A stretch of DNA of 62,045 bases, the filler included, from Stramenopiles sp. TOSAG23-3 (Eukaryota), in the NCBI GenBank assembly GCA_900128585.1. It is 20 parts of 20 records of this genome, joined end to end, with 100 filler letters (N's around TTAATTAATTAA, not from the genome) between each part and the next. Parts side by side here need not be neighbours in the genome. Positions count along the whole stretch, not along the records: positions 43,573 to 46,571 come from LT644474.1; positions 46,672 to 49,670 come from LT644475.1; positions 49,771 to 52,765 come from LT644476.1; positions 52,866 to 55,860 come from LT644477.1; 16 more parts are not named here. The stretch is one strand, 5' to 3'. Positions within the stretch are counted from its first letter, which is position 1. Each line of letters opens with the position of its first letter. Both the position numbers and the translations under genes were made by a program. Shown one piece after another: positions 43,573-54,971 of the stretch. Under the pieces are notes generated by a model, which made no database searches, was not told the DNA's origin, and saw only the letters and a list, made by a program, of their open reading frames with translations.

Positions 43573-44667
43573 AAAGCCCCCGCAGCGCCGTCGGTCTCCG
43601 CGGCCGGCCCGCCGGCCCCCAGCACCCGCGTTCTGCCCGCCCCGCCGGCCGCCGCCCCGCAGCCCGAGGCTCAGGTGATCGACTTGACGGTCAGCGCCGA
43701 CTCGCACGGTGCCGCCGCCCCGGAGGCGCCCGTCGCCGCCCCGGCGCCAAGCTCGCCCACCCCCGAGGTCGAGCCGCCCCTCCCGCTGCGCACCACGAAA
43801 ATCGTAAAGCGCGCGATCGACATCGACGCGGAAAAGGCCCGCGACCCCAGGTACGCGTCGACCTACGCCAAGGACATCTACGCCTTTCGCAAGCGCCACG
43901 AACTCCTGTACCGCCCCACGGGCGATTACTTGAAGAATTTCCAGGAAGACATTACCCCCAACATGCGAGCTATTTTGGTCGATTGGCTCGTTGAAGTCGC
44001 AGAAGAGTACACCCTGAAGCAGGAGACGCTCTTCACTTCTGTAAACTACATCGACCGGTGCCTGGGGCTGTTCCAGGTGACGCGCCACAAGCTGCAGCTG
44101 CTGGGCTGCGCGTGCATGCTCATTGCCGCCAAGTACGAAGAAATCTACGCCCCCTGCGTGGAGGAGTTCGTGTACATCAGCGACAACACGTACACGCACG
44201 ACCAAGTCCTCAGGTACGAGGGCAAGGTGTTGGGGGCGCTGAAGTTCAAACTGACGGTCTGCACCCCCATGACGTTCTTGCCACGGTTTTTGCGAGCAGC
44301 GAATGCCGAGGACAAAGCCAAGGCGTCGTACTCCCAGGACAAATCGAACAGATTAAAATGTTTGACCATGTACTTGACGGAACTTGGTCTTCAAGACTAT
44401 GGTATGGTACATTTTCGCCAGTCGATGATCGCGGCCGCAGCAATATCGCTGGCCCGAAAGACGTTACGGTTCGGCGAAATTTGGCATTACACTTTGGAGC
44501 ACTACAGTGGGTATTCATTGGATGAACTATCCACGTGCGAACGGAAACTGCACCAATGCCACCGGAAAGCGAACGGCGACAAACTGCAAGCGATCAAGCG
44601 CAAGAACGGAGGGATTGATTTTCTACGAATATCTACCGTCGTAGAGCCCCTTGCGTACTTGCATTAG
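43573..44667 (+). CDS. A-type cyclin, 5'-partial
   Basis: YAKDIY, MRAILVDWLVEVAEEY, ETLF..VNYIDR, LQLLG, AAKYEEI, FVYISDNTY. Confidence 0.92.
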   Translation, partial: KAPAAPSVSAAGPPAPSTRVLPAPPAAAPQPEAQVIDLTVSADSHGAAAPEAPVAAPAPSSPTPEVEPPLPLRTTKIVKRAIDIDAEKARDPRYASTYAKDIYAFRKRHELLYRPTGDYLKNFQEDITPNMRAILVDWLVEVAEEYTLKQETLFTSVNYIDRCLGLFQVTRHKLQLLGCACMLIAAKYEEIYAPCVEEFVYISDNTYTHDQVLRYEGKVLGALKFKLTVCTPMTFLPRFLRAANAEDKAKASYSQDKSNRLKCLTMYLTELGLQDYGMVHFRQSMIAAAAISLARKTLRFGEIWHYTLEHYSGYSLDELSTCERKLHQCHRKANGDKLQAIKRKNGGIDFLRISTVVEPLAYLH

Positions 44668-45389
44668 CCTGCCTGCAGGATGGCGCGTTCGTGTGAGCCC
44701 GTGTCAACAGGCAAAGGTGTTCAGATCAGGTCCACTTTTAAGATTGGTGGTATCTAGAATGCTCCCCTTTGGAAGGGAAGCATGAAGGAACAAAAATGTA
44801 AGGATGTACATACACAATTTCAATTTCGGAAGAACGCCAAGAGTGTAAAATAGCTTTATAGTTTCAGGAGGCATTATTTATTAATGCGAACGAAGAAAAA
44901 ACAGAAAAGAAGCAAAAAATCAAAACAGATTATAGAAAGGGCAAGGACATAGTTTTCGACGTAACCGTGTTTTGGAAAGCACGCTTACGACTCAAAACAG
45001 GGTATGAGTGCAAACAAGCGGAGGCAAGAAGTTGGATTTTTCGTCTCCTGCCGTAGCCATACGCATGCCGGAAGAGTGAAGTAAAGCAGGATCTTGGGGG
45101 ATTCTCCCAGGGCTCCTCTTGTACAAGGTTGACTGAGACAGCCTACTCGACCGCCGGTACTACGTTTGACGGCGCACGCACATACAATAATATATTTTTT
45201 AATTTTATAAAAACAGTTTTTTATAGAAGTTTTTAAACGCACGTACACGCATATACGCATCATTGACGATAAAAGAGAGAGAGAGCAAGTTGTGCGGCAC
45301 TTTTTAATATTTCTTAAACCGCGCCTGGGCGACAACACGAATATTAACGGCAGGAAGAGATAACCGACAGCAAGAATGCCCTATCCTCC

Positions 45390-46124
45390 TCAGTCCGTCT
45401 CTGCCCACCATTTTCCTTTTTTTGCGGCGGCGGGAGTCATGTACTTTGAAGGATTTGATGTTCGTGGGGGCAGCAGAGAGTGGTCCAGGCATTTCTGAAA
45501 GTGATGCGTCTTCTGGTAGTCCAAGCGCCCTGCTCCATCACCCCCCTTTCGCAGCATACCTTGCGGGTCCTCTCTTCGCCGCGTATAGCCGGGCTCGGCA
45601 TCCGCTTGCGGCAACGAACATTCCCAATCAACGCAGTTCACGTCGCAACGAACCCCTATGGCTTGGCACATCGAGGTTATCATGACCATTGCTGTCGACT
45701 GGTCCCGCGGATCTTCGCACTGCCGTGGAACGCACCCGGTGACGACATGCTTCATTTGATATTGCTTCCCATTTACATTTATCGTCAGCGATTCAAAGCA
45801 CACTTTCCCGTGACCACGCTGGCATTCCCTGTTCAAATCTTCCATCCGTTTCCATTTTCCTTGCAAATCGCAGTCACTCAGGGCGGTGACACCATTACGC
45901 TTCGTGAAACAAGGACCACTGACATTTTTATTCGCCACGTAGAAATCCATCAAATTATGTACAAACGAAGGATCACTATTGAAGCGCTGCCGCGCACGCA
46001 AGCACTTTGGCGTGAGCACATCGTTTTTAACCTCCGGCACGAACGTGCCCGTATCCGTCGGGGCATTTTGCGCAAAGGCGCTGCCGGTCATCACCACCAG
46101 GCAAATCAATACGCTGAATGGCAT
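45390..46124 (-). CDS. Secreted Cys-rich protein of unknown function
   Basis: Signal peptide MPFSVLICLVVMTGSAFA/Q; about 12 Cys; coding-like composition. Confidence 0.65.
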   Translation of the reverse strand: MPFSVLICLVVMTGSAFAQNAPTDTGTFVPEVKNDVLTPKCLRARQRFNSDPSFVHNLMDFYVANKNVSGPCFTKRNGVTALSDCDLQGKWKRMEDLNRECQRGHGKVCFESLTINVNGKQYQMKHVVTGCVPRQCEDPRDQSTAMVMITSMCQAIGVRCDVNCVDWECSLPQADAEPGYTRRREDPQGMLRKGGDGAGRLDYQKTHHFQKCLDHSLLPPRTSNPSKYMTPAAAKKGKWWAETD

Positions 46125-46684
46125 GGTCAGTTGATTGCAAAGGCGTCGTTCCAAACAGAACAATGAAGGCAAGGGCCAATTTTTGTCATGTTTTTTTTCT
46201 TCATGAGAATAATACCGTTAATTCTAAAGTTATACTTCTTTCTTTCATTCAATTCCTTTTGTTCGTACACTTCTTCTTCTTCTTCTCTGACTACCTCCCT
46301 CTTATTATTATATTGTGATATTTTATTATTATTATACATAATTATCATAAATATTATTATATTTATTACTAAAAATAATAATAAAAATGGTTATAATACA
46401 TCATCATATCATATATACATCATCATACTATCTTACTATCAATAAAATATGAATGAACTAACTATGAGTAAGGAGGCCATTCCATATATAGAAATAGCAG
46501 AGCAAATAAATACAATAGAGGAGAGTGTATCCTCTTTCTTTCTTTCTTTTTTAGATTTCTTTCTTTCTTTTNNNNNNNNNNNNNNNNNNNNNNNNNNNNN
46601 NNNNNNNNNNNNNNNTTAATTAATTAANNNNNNNNNNNNNNNNNNNNNNNNNNNNNNNNNNNNNNNNNNNNCGAGGCCAAAGCA

Positions 46685-47632
46685 ATGAACAACATGGACG
46701 GGGAAGACAGCAAAGGCGACAAAAAAATTACCGGGGACATATCGTTGGCATTAAACGCGTTTCAAGAAATGATACCGGCCGGGAAAGAGGGCGGCATTAT
46801 GTACGAGCTGCGGGGCCTGCACTTGGGAAAAAGCGTCGCGAAAGGAAAAACAAAAGACGACGTGCACAAGGCGTTTCTTTTTTGGGCACAGAAAGAAGAA
46901 GACGTGAAGGCAAATGTTTTCAACGTATCAAAGGCCATGCGAAGGTTCCAAACGTTTGCAGCGACGCAGGAAAAGCATTATTCGGAAACGGGCTGGTTTA
47001 AAGACCCTGTGTATTTATCGGACGTTGAGATCAGTCGAAAAAACATGCCGATCGATGTATTGTTGGAGCCTCTGAAAGGGACACCGGCGGACAAATCGTT
47101 AGACGGGTGTCTCTTGTGGGGTATTGATTTGGCAAAAGTCAACATGGGCGATATTGATTTCACAAAGCCTGGGGCGACGCCAGTTGATCTGTGCCGATCT
47201 ATGTGGTATTTGCTTCTCTCTTCTGTGTTTGACAAGGCCTCGCAACATCCGGGGGTTGTCTTGGTTGAAAATATAGGGTACATGGGCTTGGGGGACATGA
47301 TGTCGTTTTCCTCTGCCTTTAAGCCCGTTGAGAAGGATTTGAACGAGCTATTTTACGGTTGCGTCCCTTTGAAATTGAAAAAAATCATTATCGTCAATTC
47401 GCCATGGTGGATCAATGTGCTAATGGGGATAATGAGATTGTTTATGTCGAGAAAAATGAGTAGCCGGATAAAAAACGACAGCATGGAAAAGATGTATTCC
47501 CGGATTGGAGGAAAGCAGAATTTACCAAGCGGCTGCATCGGTGGGGAAGGGCAATCGAAGGACAGGTATGCAAACCAAGACCCAGGCCTGAAAGGAGAGG
47601 AATGCCCGGACTATGAAGGGGGCCCAAATTGA
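46685..47632 (+). CDS. CRAL-TRIO domain protein (possibly 5'-partial)
   Basis: FNVSKAMRRF, QHPGVVLVEN, CVPLKLKKIIIVNSPWWI, KMSSRI, LPSGCIGG. Confidence 0.8.
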   Translation: MNNMDGEDSKGDKKITGDISLALNAFQEMIPAGKEGGIMYELRGLHLGKSVAKGKTKDDVHKAFLFWAQKEEDVKANVFNVSKAMRRFQTFAATQEKHYSETGWFKDPVYLSDVEISRKNMPIDVLLEPLKGTPADKSLDGCLLWGIDLAKVNMGDIDFTKPGATPVDLCRSMWYLLLSSVFDKASQHPGVVLVENIGYMGLGDMMSFSSAFKPVEKDLNELFYGCVPLKLKKIIIVNSPWWINVLMGIMRLFMSRKMSSRIKNDSMEKMYSRIGGKQNLPSGCIGGEGQSKDRYANQDPGLKGEECPDYEGGPN

Positions 47633-47978
47633 AAAAGTAAAGTTACGTCTGGGTGACACGCTCGTAACTTTGGTTATATTCTTAAATAAACTGTATTGAT
47701 TAACTAAAATCATTAATAGTAGAGATCATTTCGCAGTACATGAAGGAATGTAAACCTCTAATGGACAAATACTGAGTAGATTCATTTTTTCGCGGTATTA
47801 CTGAGGAAGCTAAATTTTAAATTTACTTTAAGACTGAGATTCATTAACGGCCAATTTTTTGTTTTTAAATAAACTAATTAACATGCATAATTTTTAGTGT
47901 TCTATATTTTTAATGTTTTTTTAAGACTGCGCTAACCAAAACTCCAGTTAGATTCTTATAAAACTCTTACGCACAATC

Positions 47979-49670
47979 TCAATCTTCGTCGTCCCCTTCA
48001 GGTTCTGAAAGATCGCTGAAGTTTCCCCAGTTCTCTTTCTCGATTCGGCACACCGCCCCGCACTCTTCCAATAATGTCTTCATTTTCTCGCATTCTTTGG
48101 CCCCCATGTCAGCCTTCAGCAACTTCCCCTCTTTAGGACCATGCTGGTCGCACAGGCGAAGGGTGTACTTGGCTGCCTTGGAATCGATTCTTAGCCACTC
48201 TTTGAGCTTCTTCATCAGCACCCGCTTTCGGCTCGGGGCATAACCGGTGAGTACTAGGTCCCACTCTTTGGGGATCCACTCGTGCCTCATGCGGCGGGTC
48301 GCGTTCCGCTTCATGCGCGCGTACACTCGGCCCTCGTAGCTTTCGTTGCTCCGCTCCGCCGCGACGATGGCGTCGTCCTGCTTCATCACGGAGTACGAAG
48401 GGTAAGTGATGAAAGGGATGCCTACTCCGTTGTCGCACGGATTATTTTTTCGGAACGTTTTGATTCGCTGCGTAGCCGCAAACGTGTCCGCGTCGACCTG
48501 CGGCGGCGCGCGGCGCCTTAGCACGGTTGTGGGGGGAAACTGAAATTGCACGCAGCATTTCACTCTGCCGCTTATTCGGAACCAGGTCCGCGCTTCCTTC
48601 AGGAACTCGTTGCCGACAATGTCCATAAAGATGTCCCTCAATGGCTTGCTCCCTTCGCGTTTTATTCGGCGTAGCAGTTTTGGTGTCTTGGGGTGTTCCC
48701 GGAGGGGCTGCAGCAGAAACTTGTCGATCTGGACGGTCGTGTTGCAGAAATCTTCATTGTTCAGCTCCGTGTATTCAGCTTTTAGCTTTCCCTCACTGAG
48801 GGCCTGGGGCAATGGCAGCTTGGGAAACTCTTTCTTCCCGTGCCGCATGACGGTCAGCAAGTCAATGAACACGCCGTGTTTTACTTTAATGATGTACAGC
48901 CTTCGGTCCCTCTGAGTCTCGTTCGCGTCCTTCAGTCTATGCTTTTCCTTAATCCGACCCTCGTAAATGTTGCTCGTGCCCGGGCCGCACCGCATCTCCG
49001 GGTCAAGCTTCATCATTACCATGAGGGGCGAGGACGTTTCGGGGCGCAGATTCACGGACCAGGTCGCGCTTTTCCGCACGATGGGAACGTACGGCTCGTT
49101 CATCAACTCGGCGTGCCGCTTTCTTCTCGCATTCCCAGTCTCCCGCGCCGTGTTCACCAGGCGCTTGGGGTAAGCCGGGGTTTCCCCGCCTGCTTTAAGC
49201 TTCCCCGTGAGGGGTATCCCTGCCGTCGTTTGCAGCGCGGCCATTCCCTGAAGAAGGTCCAAGAGCAGCTCATCCCTTTTGACAAAGGCATCGGATATTT
49301 TCTCGTTGCAAATTCGCCCAAGTTCATTTTGCAACGCTTGGCGCATGTCTACCTCGGGTTCCACCAACCCCCTCTTCCCGCCCGGCCCGTCGCCAGCGGG
49401 AGAGCCTTCGGCGTGCTCCGACAAAACGGTAGCAAACGCGATGAATTCGTTAAGCTCCACCTTTCCATCGCGCGACGTGTCCATCGCATCGAAGGCCGCC
49501 TTCCATTTTCTGGGCTTCAGAAGTATCGCCAGCTTGGGGTGCTGGCGTACCGTGGTTATCGCAGCGTCGTCTCGCAACCCGGACATAATTTCTCGCTTCG
49601 TCAGCAGACCATTCCCGTCCTTGTCGAACATGTAAAATATTCTCTTCAGGTCGGCGTGCATGGCCTGCTC
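47979..49670 (-). CDS. EF-hand pair protein with C-terminal ribosomal L7/L12-CTD-like domain (possibly 5'-partial)
   Basis: DKDGNGLLTKRE and DTSRDGKVELNE EF loops; C-terminal WDLVLTGY...LLKADMGAKECEKMKTLLEECGAVCRIE. Confidence 0.75.
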   Translation of the reverse strand, partial: EQAMHADLKRIFYMFDKDGNGLLTKREIMSGLRDDAAITTVRQHPKLAILLKPRKWKAAFDAMDTSRDGKVELNEFIAFATVLSEHAEGSPAGDGPGGKRGLVEPEVDMRQALQNELGRICNEKISDAFVKRDELLLDLLQGMAALQTTAGIPLTGKLKAGGETPAYPKRLVNTARETGNARRKRHAELMNEPYVPIVRKSATWSVNLRPETSSPLMVMMKLDPEMRCGPGTSNIYEGRIKEKHRLKDANETQRDRRLYIIKVKHGVFIDLLTVMRHGKKEFPKLPLPQALSEGKLKAEYTELNNEDFCNTTVQIDKFLLQPLREHPKTPKLLRRIKREGSKPLRDIFMDIVGNEFLKEARTWFRISGRVKCCVQFQFPPTTVLRRRAPPQVDADTFAATQRIKTFRKNNPCDNGVGIPFITYPSYSVMKQDDAIVAAERSNESYEGRVYARMKRNATRRMRHEWIPKEWDLVLTGYAPSRKRVLMKKLKEWLRIDSKAAKYTLRLCDQHGPKEGKLLKADMGAKECEKMKTLLEECGAVCRIEKENWGNFSDLSEPEGDDED

Positions 49671-50816
49671 NNNNNNNNNNNNNNNNNNNNNNNNNNNNNN
49701 NNNNNNNNNNNNNNTTAATTAATTAANNNNNNNNNNNNNNNNNNNNNNNNNNNNNNNNNNNNNNNNNNNNGATAACACATGCATTTATACAATATTCAGG
49801 CAAGCAGGTTGCAATTAACTGGACCAGTTTTCAGAATTCATTGGGCATTTGTCGTGTTGCATTGTTGTGGGTGGATCCCAACTCTACAATATCACGGTTA
49901 GGCCGCCTGCCTCGGTCGTGTGAGCTTCAGATATTTATAAAGGGTGTAATGTCACAAAACATTTGTGCCGTCTCTCATCAGAATGCCTGTCCGGCCGGGA
50001 TCAGTCCCACAGGTTCCGGCACCAAGTTAACTTGATGCTGTCGTTGCAATAGCCCCTTTAAACTATTACAATTCATGCTGAGGCAACACTGTTTAAGTGT
50101 TTTACATATGAACGGAACCGTAATAGATTTGGCACTGACTTCAGAACCGTATTGAAGTACAAATTATATTTTGGGGGACAGCTTGCAAAGTGTGAACCAG
50201 TGGGACTGGAGCGCTAACTTTGCCATTTGGCGTCCGTTGGATGCCTCTATACTAAACTTTATCCCCCATTGCTGTGCGAACAAGTCCCCGGTGGGAGTAA
50301 ATGGTTTGGAATAGTTTTAAAGACGTTGGTTCTATTTAAAATAGTAATATTAATAAGTATAAATAATGTTTTGAGTAATTTGCAGTTACACACATGTCCT
50401 GAGCAGTTAACAAATGTGTGTTTTCTTGGCTGTACTTGTTAGCGTTAGTATTTTGCCTATCATATTTCCCCTCAAAAAAATGGCATACTTAATTTTACCA
50501 AATACAGCAGTATTAAATTAATATGCCACCTTAATAATTAATAAACAAGAAGAGAAAATTCCAAGTGAGTGAATAGAATATTTAGTCTTAATTTCGTATA
50601 TCGTATAGTGAATATATGAAAAGTATTTTCTGGTAGCGGGATTTGAACATGTAGTTACAACGTATTTATTGATTTACACCGAATAGCATTCAACCGATAC
50701 TACCTTAAATAGCAGTATTTCATGCACTTCAAACGTTAGTACATCAAAATTATACGAAATTCACAGGTTCTGTGTGAATCCTGTTCTTAATTTTTAAATT
50801 ATTTAATTGGTTCTAG

Positions 50817-51571
50817 AGTAGAAGTCATTTAAATCGGAAAGTGAAGAGAAAAAAAGAAAAAATAACTCAGCATGTCGTTTTTCTTCCTTTTTTTGTTAGT
50901 TTGCCTGCTATTTACCTTGTGCAACTTTGTGTTTACCTTTTTCGAGTTGAATTTCCTGTCTTCTTTACATACTTGTAAATCTCTCTACACTACTAATATA
51001 TCAAAGTGTATCCAGTAAAAACGTCACTTTCGTTTCTATCTTAAGAAATAATACAAGTACACTTTACCTATATAACGGGTTTCTCACGTTTTCCCTAAAA
51101 ATTGTTGATTATTGAATTGAAGGATGCTATTAGCTGTTGTTTTTTTGAGATTTTACTTTCGAATTGAATTTCCTATCTTATTTATGTACTTGTAAATCAC
51201 TCTACACTACTAATATATCAAAGTGTTTCCGTAAAAATGTCACTTTCGTTCATATCTTAAGAAATACTACAAGTACATATATCCTATATAACGGAAATAA
51301 TGGTTCATATAAAAAACAACAATTTTTAGAAAAAAACGTGAGAAACCCGTTAGTAGGCAATATGTACTTGTATTATTTCTTAAGATATTAACGATCTTAG
51401 TAGTGTAGAGTGATTTACAAGTACGTAAACAAGATAGGAAATTCAACTCGAAAAAGTTTAACACAAAGTTGCACAAGGTAAATAGCAGGCAAACTAACAA
51501 AAAAAGGAAGAAAAACGACGTGTTGAGTTTTTTTTTTCCCCTTCACTTTTCCGATTTAAATGACTTCTACT
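50817..51571. mobile_element. 755-bp non-coding foldback element with long inverted arms and an internal third copy
   Basis: 50817-51107 is the reverse complement of 51317-51571 (right arm lacks about 30 bp); 51157-51293 is a direct copy of about 50939-51078. Confidence 0.82.
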
Positions 51572-52668
51572 ACTATAGTCTCTATCAGTCTTAATTTATA
51601 GTTATTCAAGTACACAAAAACAATACAACTCTGTAAAATATGGAAAACGAAAAAACTGGCATTTTTCCAAAAAGCTTTTAAAATGCGACATTTTGCATTT
51701 GGATTGCTACCTTTGATTTATTATTACAGGCAATGGTCTATTTTTTGTAAGGTTAGAAAAATCGGTTGCTGAGCATCTACAGCAATCTCCTTCCTATAGT
51801 ACTCAAAAAAAAAACAGAAAAAATAAGGGATTAAGGGATTTTACTACAAAACAATGTAGGAATCTTGAAGTACGAATATTCTTTATTAAATCAACTTTCT
51901 GCTAAAGATTGTGTCATGAAAACTATTGGTTGTTGTTCGGTTATGTTGTGTTCAAATTCGTAGTTATAATAATTTAGTACATAAAACTATACAAAATACC
52001 CATAGGTACTAGATTTGCTAATTTTATATTCTTCATTCGTATTAAATAGACACGACGTTTTGTAGTCACAACGACTACTAACTCTTAAGCACTCGACACC
52101 GGAAAGAATTTGCATGTGATAATGCTATTTCTATGTATACACTTTATTGACGTTGGTAAAACTTTAATGTTTTAACATGTATTGGAAAAACTAGAAAATG
52201 TCCTTAAACATTGTAATACAGGTGCCATATGATCGTTTATGGACATACATCAACACAATGGTACAACAAACATTGAACTTTGCACGATTAGTGCACAGGG
52301 GGTGGGGGTACACTATTATAATAACAAGCGGAAACCCCAATCTGAAATAGCAGGTACACAGTCAGTGGGTGTGATGGTGTCCGGAGCCCATAATTTAGAG
52401 GATTCCTCCCAGGTGGTGAATAATTATTGGTGGTAGAGAGGAGAGAAAGAATAGAAACCATCATCATTGCTTTGAATTGTTGTTACATGTTTTCATGTTT
52501 TGTACAGTCCGCCGAAAAATTTCGGCAGTTTCCTTTTACGCGTGTGTAGTAACATGATCTCATACTATTTGGTCGAAGAATTTACAGAACTGGCGAATAA
52601 TGATGTGCACATCGTCTTGTAGTGCCGGGACTAAGTCTATTTTCTATTTGTAAACAAATGTTCCTGGC

Positions 52669-52765
52669 ATGGAAACGTTCAGGTTGATCGAAAAGATTGG
52701 AAAAGGTACTTTCGGTGAAGTTTATGGTCTACGATATTTGGTGTCTGGTGACTATCTTGCTGGAA
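52669..52765 (+). CDS. Protein kinase N-terminus (CDK/CMGC-like), cut by contig end; not in the ORF track
   Basis: METFRLIEKIGKGTFGEVYGLRYLVSGDYLAG: Gly-rich loop GxGxFGxV. Confidence 0.6.
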
Positions 52766-53077
52766 NNNNNNNNNNNNNNNNNNNNNNNNNNNNNNNNNNN
52801 NNNNNNNNNTTAATTAATTAANNNNNNNNNNNNNNNNNNNNNNNNNNNNNNNNNNNNNNNNNNNNGAAAGAAAAGAGAAGAAAAGCGACGAAACGATTTT
52901 TGTTGTTGAGTTCACGGGAATTACCCTTTCGTAAAACATTTTCTTCTTCTTCCTATTTTTCTTCCTCGTCTTCTCCCCGTCGTTTGGGCTTCATATTTTC
53001 TCCCTGTTCTTCTGAATAACCCCTTCTTCGCCTTCTTCTTTCTCGTGTTTAGTTTTGTTGTTTTGTTTGTTGTTGCC

Positions 53078-54649
53078 ATGCCATCGAAAAGACAGTGCCG
53101 TATCTTCGGGAGCGACCCGGACACGCTTCTGGCGTACTCTACCCCGGCGATCGTTTCCATTCGGGATTGGCGTTTGGGTTGCATGAAGTACCTTTTGATG
53201 CTCATGATTGGGGCGTACATTTTCGTGTGGCAGCTGCTGCGGGGGACGACGTACTTGGTAAAGGAGGACCCAACGGGGGTGATCCGTTTCTCGATCCAGC
53301 AACCGACGAAGGACCAAGCGTCTGGAAAACCAGGGTGCGACCCGTTGGACGAGGGGTGCCTGTCGACCTTTCGCCCACTGAACCAGTTGGAGTACTGCAC
53401 CCAGGCCAACGTCTCGTCAAGGTCGTTTCAACCATATAAGTGCCGCTTCTGGGGGAGCATCGAGGATGCGACGATCTTCCAATCGAGCGCGATCTTTGCC
53501 TCCCGGGTCACCGAGTACGAGCAGGTGGACGCGTGCCAGCCGTCGGAAATGGTCTGCGACCGGCTTTGGAACAACACGAAGAAAAAGAATACGTACTTTG
53601 TCGCGGACATTGAGTCGTACACGATCCTCTTCGACCACACGGTCGTGGCCCCGAATCTAGGCATTTCGGGGGGGAGCCGCCAGAGCCAGGGGTACCTGCG
53701 GTCGTCGGACGAGGGCCTGTGCAAGTACTTCATGGGGCACAACGGGGGCGGGGGGGGGAAGACGGTGCCGGACCCGCAGGACGGGAAGGGCTGTTTGATC
53801 CCTCCGAACTCGACGAGCAACGGGCTGGACATCATCACGCTGGAGACGCTCCTCGCCGCGGACGGCATCAACTTGGAGATGGGAAGCGCCCTGAATAACC
53901 ACCACAGCATACGGTACAACGGGGCAGTGGTATTGGTCCAAATCAATTACAAAAATTTCAAACCGTGGACGTTCAACAACCCAAAGTCGAAGATCGAGTA
54001 CACGTACGACGTGACCGTGTTGACGGACACTACAGCAAAAAACGTCAAAAGCTTTTACGAAGGGTCTGGGTTTAAGACGCGGGTGGTTCAAAATGGGCAT
54101 GGGATCAGGATTGTAAGTTGACACACCATGCATATTTCGATGGTGAACGCACCGTCCCCAAATTATCGTAAGTCAATCGTCGTTTCTGACGGTCTTCTTG
54201 TTTGTGGAGAGAAAATTTGATGCCTATGCTGCAGGTAGTCGCACCAAATGGTCGTCCGGTTTTCTCGCCAGCAGCATTCCCCGCTCTTTCCCTATTCATT
54301 CGTAAGCGTAATGCATAGTTTCTAACTTTTTTCTCTTTCAAAAACCATCATGTTGTTCTTTTTCTTTTTTCATCAGCTGGCAGCCTTCGACGGCCAGGCC
54401 CTTCTTTTGACGCTGACCGCGTCCTTGACGTTGTTGGCCCTGGCCAATACGGTGGTCGACAACCTTGCAATGTACGTCCTGCCCCAGAAGGCGTTGTACC
54501 GATCGTTCAAGTACAAGGTCACGCCAGACTTTAGCGATTACTTGGCAGAAATGGAGGGTGGGGCAGAAAAGGACGCAGAGAGCACTAACAGTAGGATCGA
54601 GTCGAAGGATGGCGGGATCGGCGGGATGAACTACAGCGCCCTGCAGTGA
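53078..54649 (+). CDS. P2X-receptor-like trimeric ion channel, spliced (exon 53078-54112, probable microexon 54235-about 54258, exon 54377-54649)
   Basis: YSTPAIVSIRDWRLG + TM1, IESYTILFDH, GAVVLVQINY, HGIRI then GTAAGT donor; pyrimidine tract-CAG acceptor before LAAFD + TM2 ...VVDNLAMYVL...YRSFKY. Confidence 0.85.
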
Positions 54650-54971
54650 GCAAGGGTGGTCTGTCATGTTATTTTTATAATCGATGTGAGAGGCGAGAGT
54701 AGGGAAAGCACAAAAAAGCTTTTTAAATTCGATTTAAATAACACCACCATTCGAGATACAACCCTCTAATACGTCCTATTACGCAAGGGTACCACCACTC
54801 GCAATTCTTACGTAGTCCTTTTCAAGCGCTAAAAGAAGGTGTGCCGGGGGGGGGGCAGTTCAAGTGTCGTGATAAATTTTTATAGTATGATACTTAATTT
54901 GTGTTTTTTACTACGTACATTATTTTGTATTTGTATTTTCTCTTGGATATATATATTACATTGTTTACCAC

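Noticed and set aside
49771..50165. Minus-strand frame of about 130 codons broken only by four TGA (ends ...LIATCLPEYCINACVI), hinting at recoding or a relic gene
   Set aside because: No recognisable family; several host genes use TGA as a stop; may be a decayed fragment but cannot be supported
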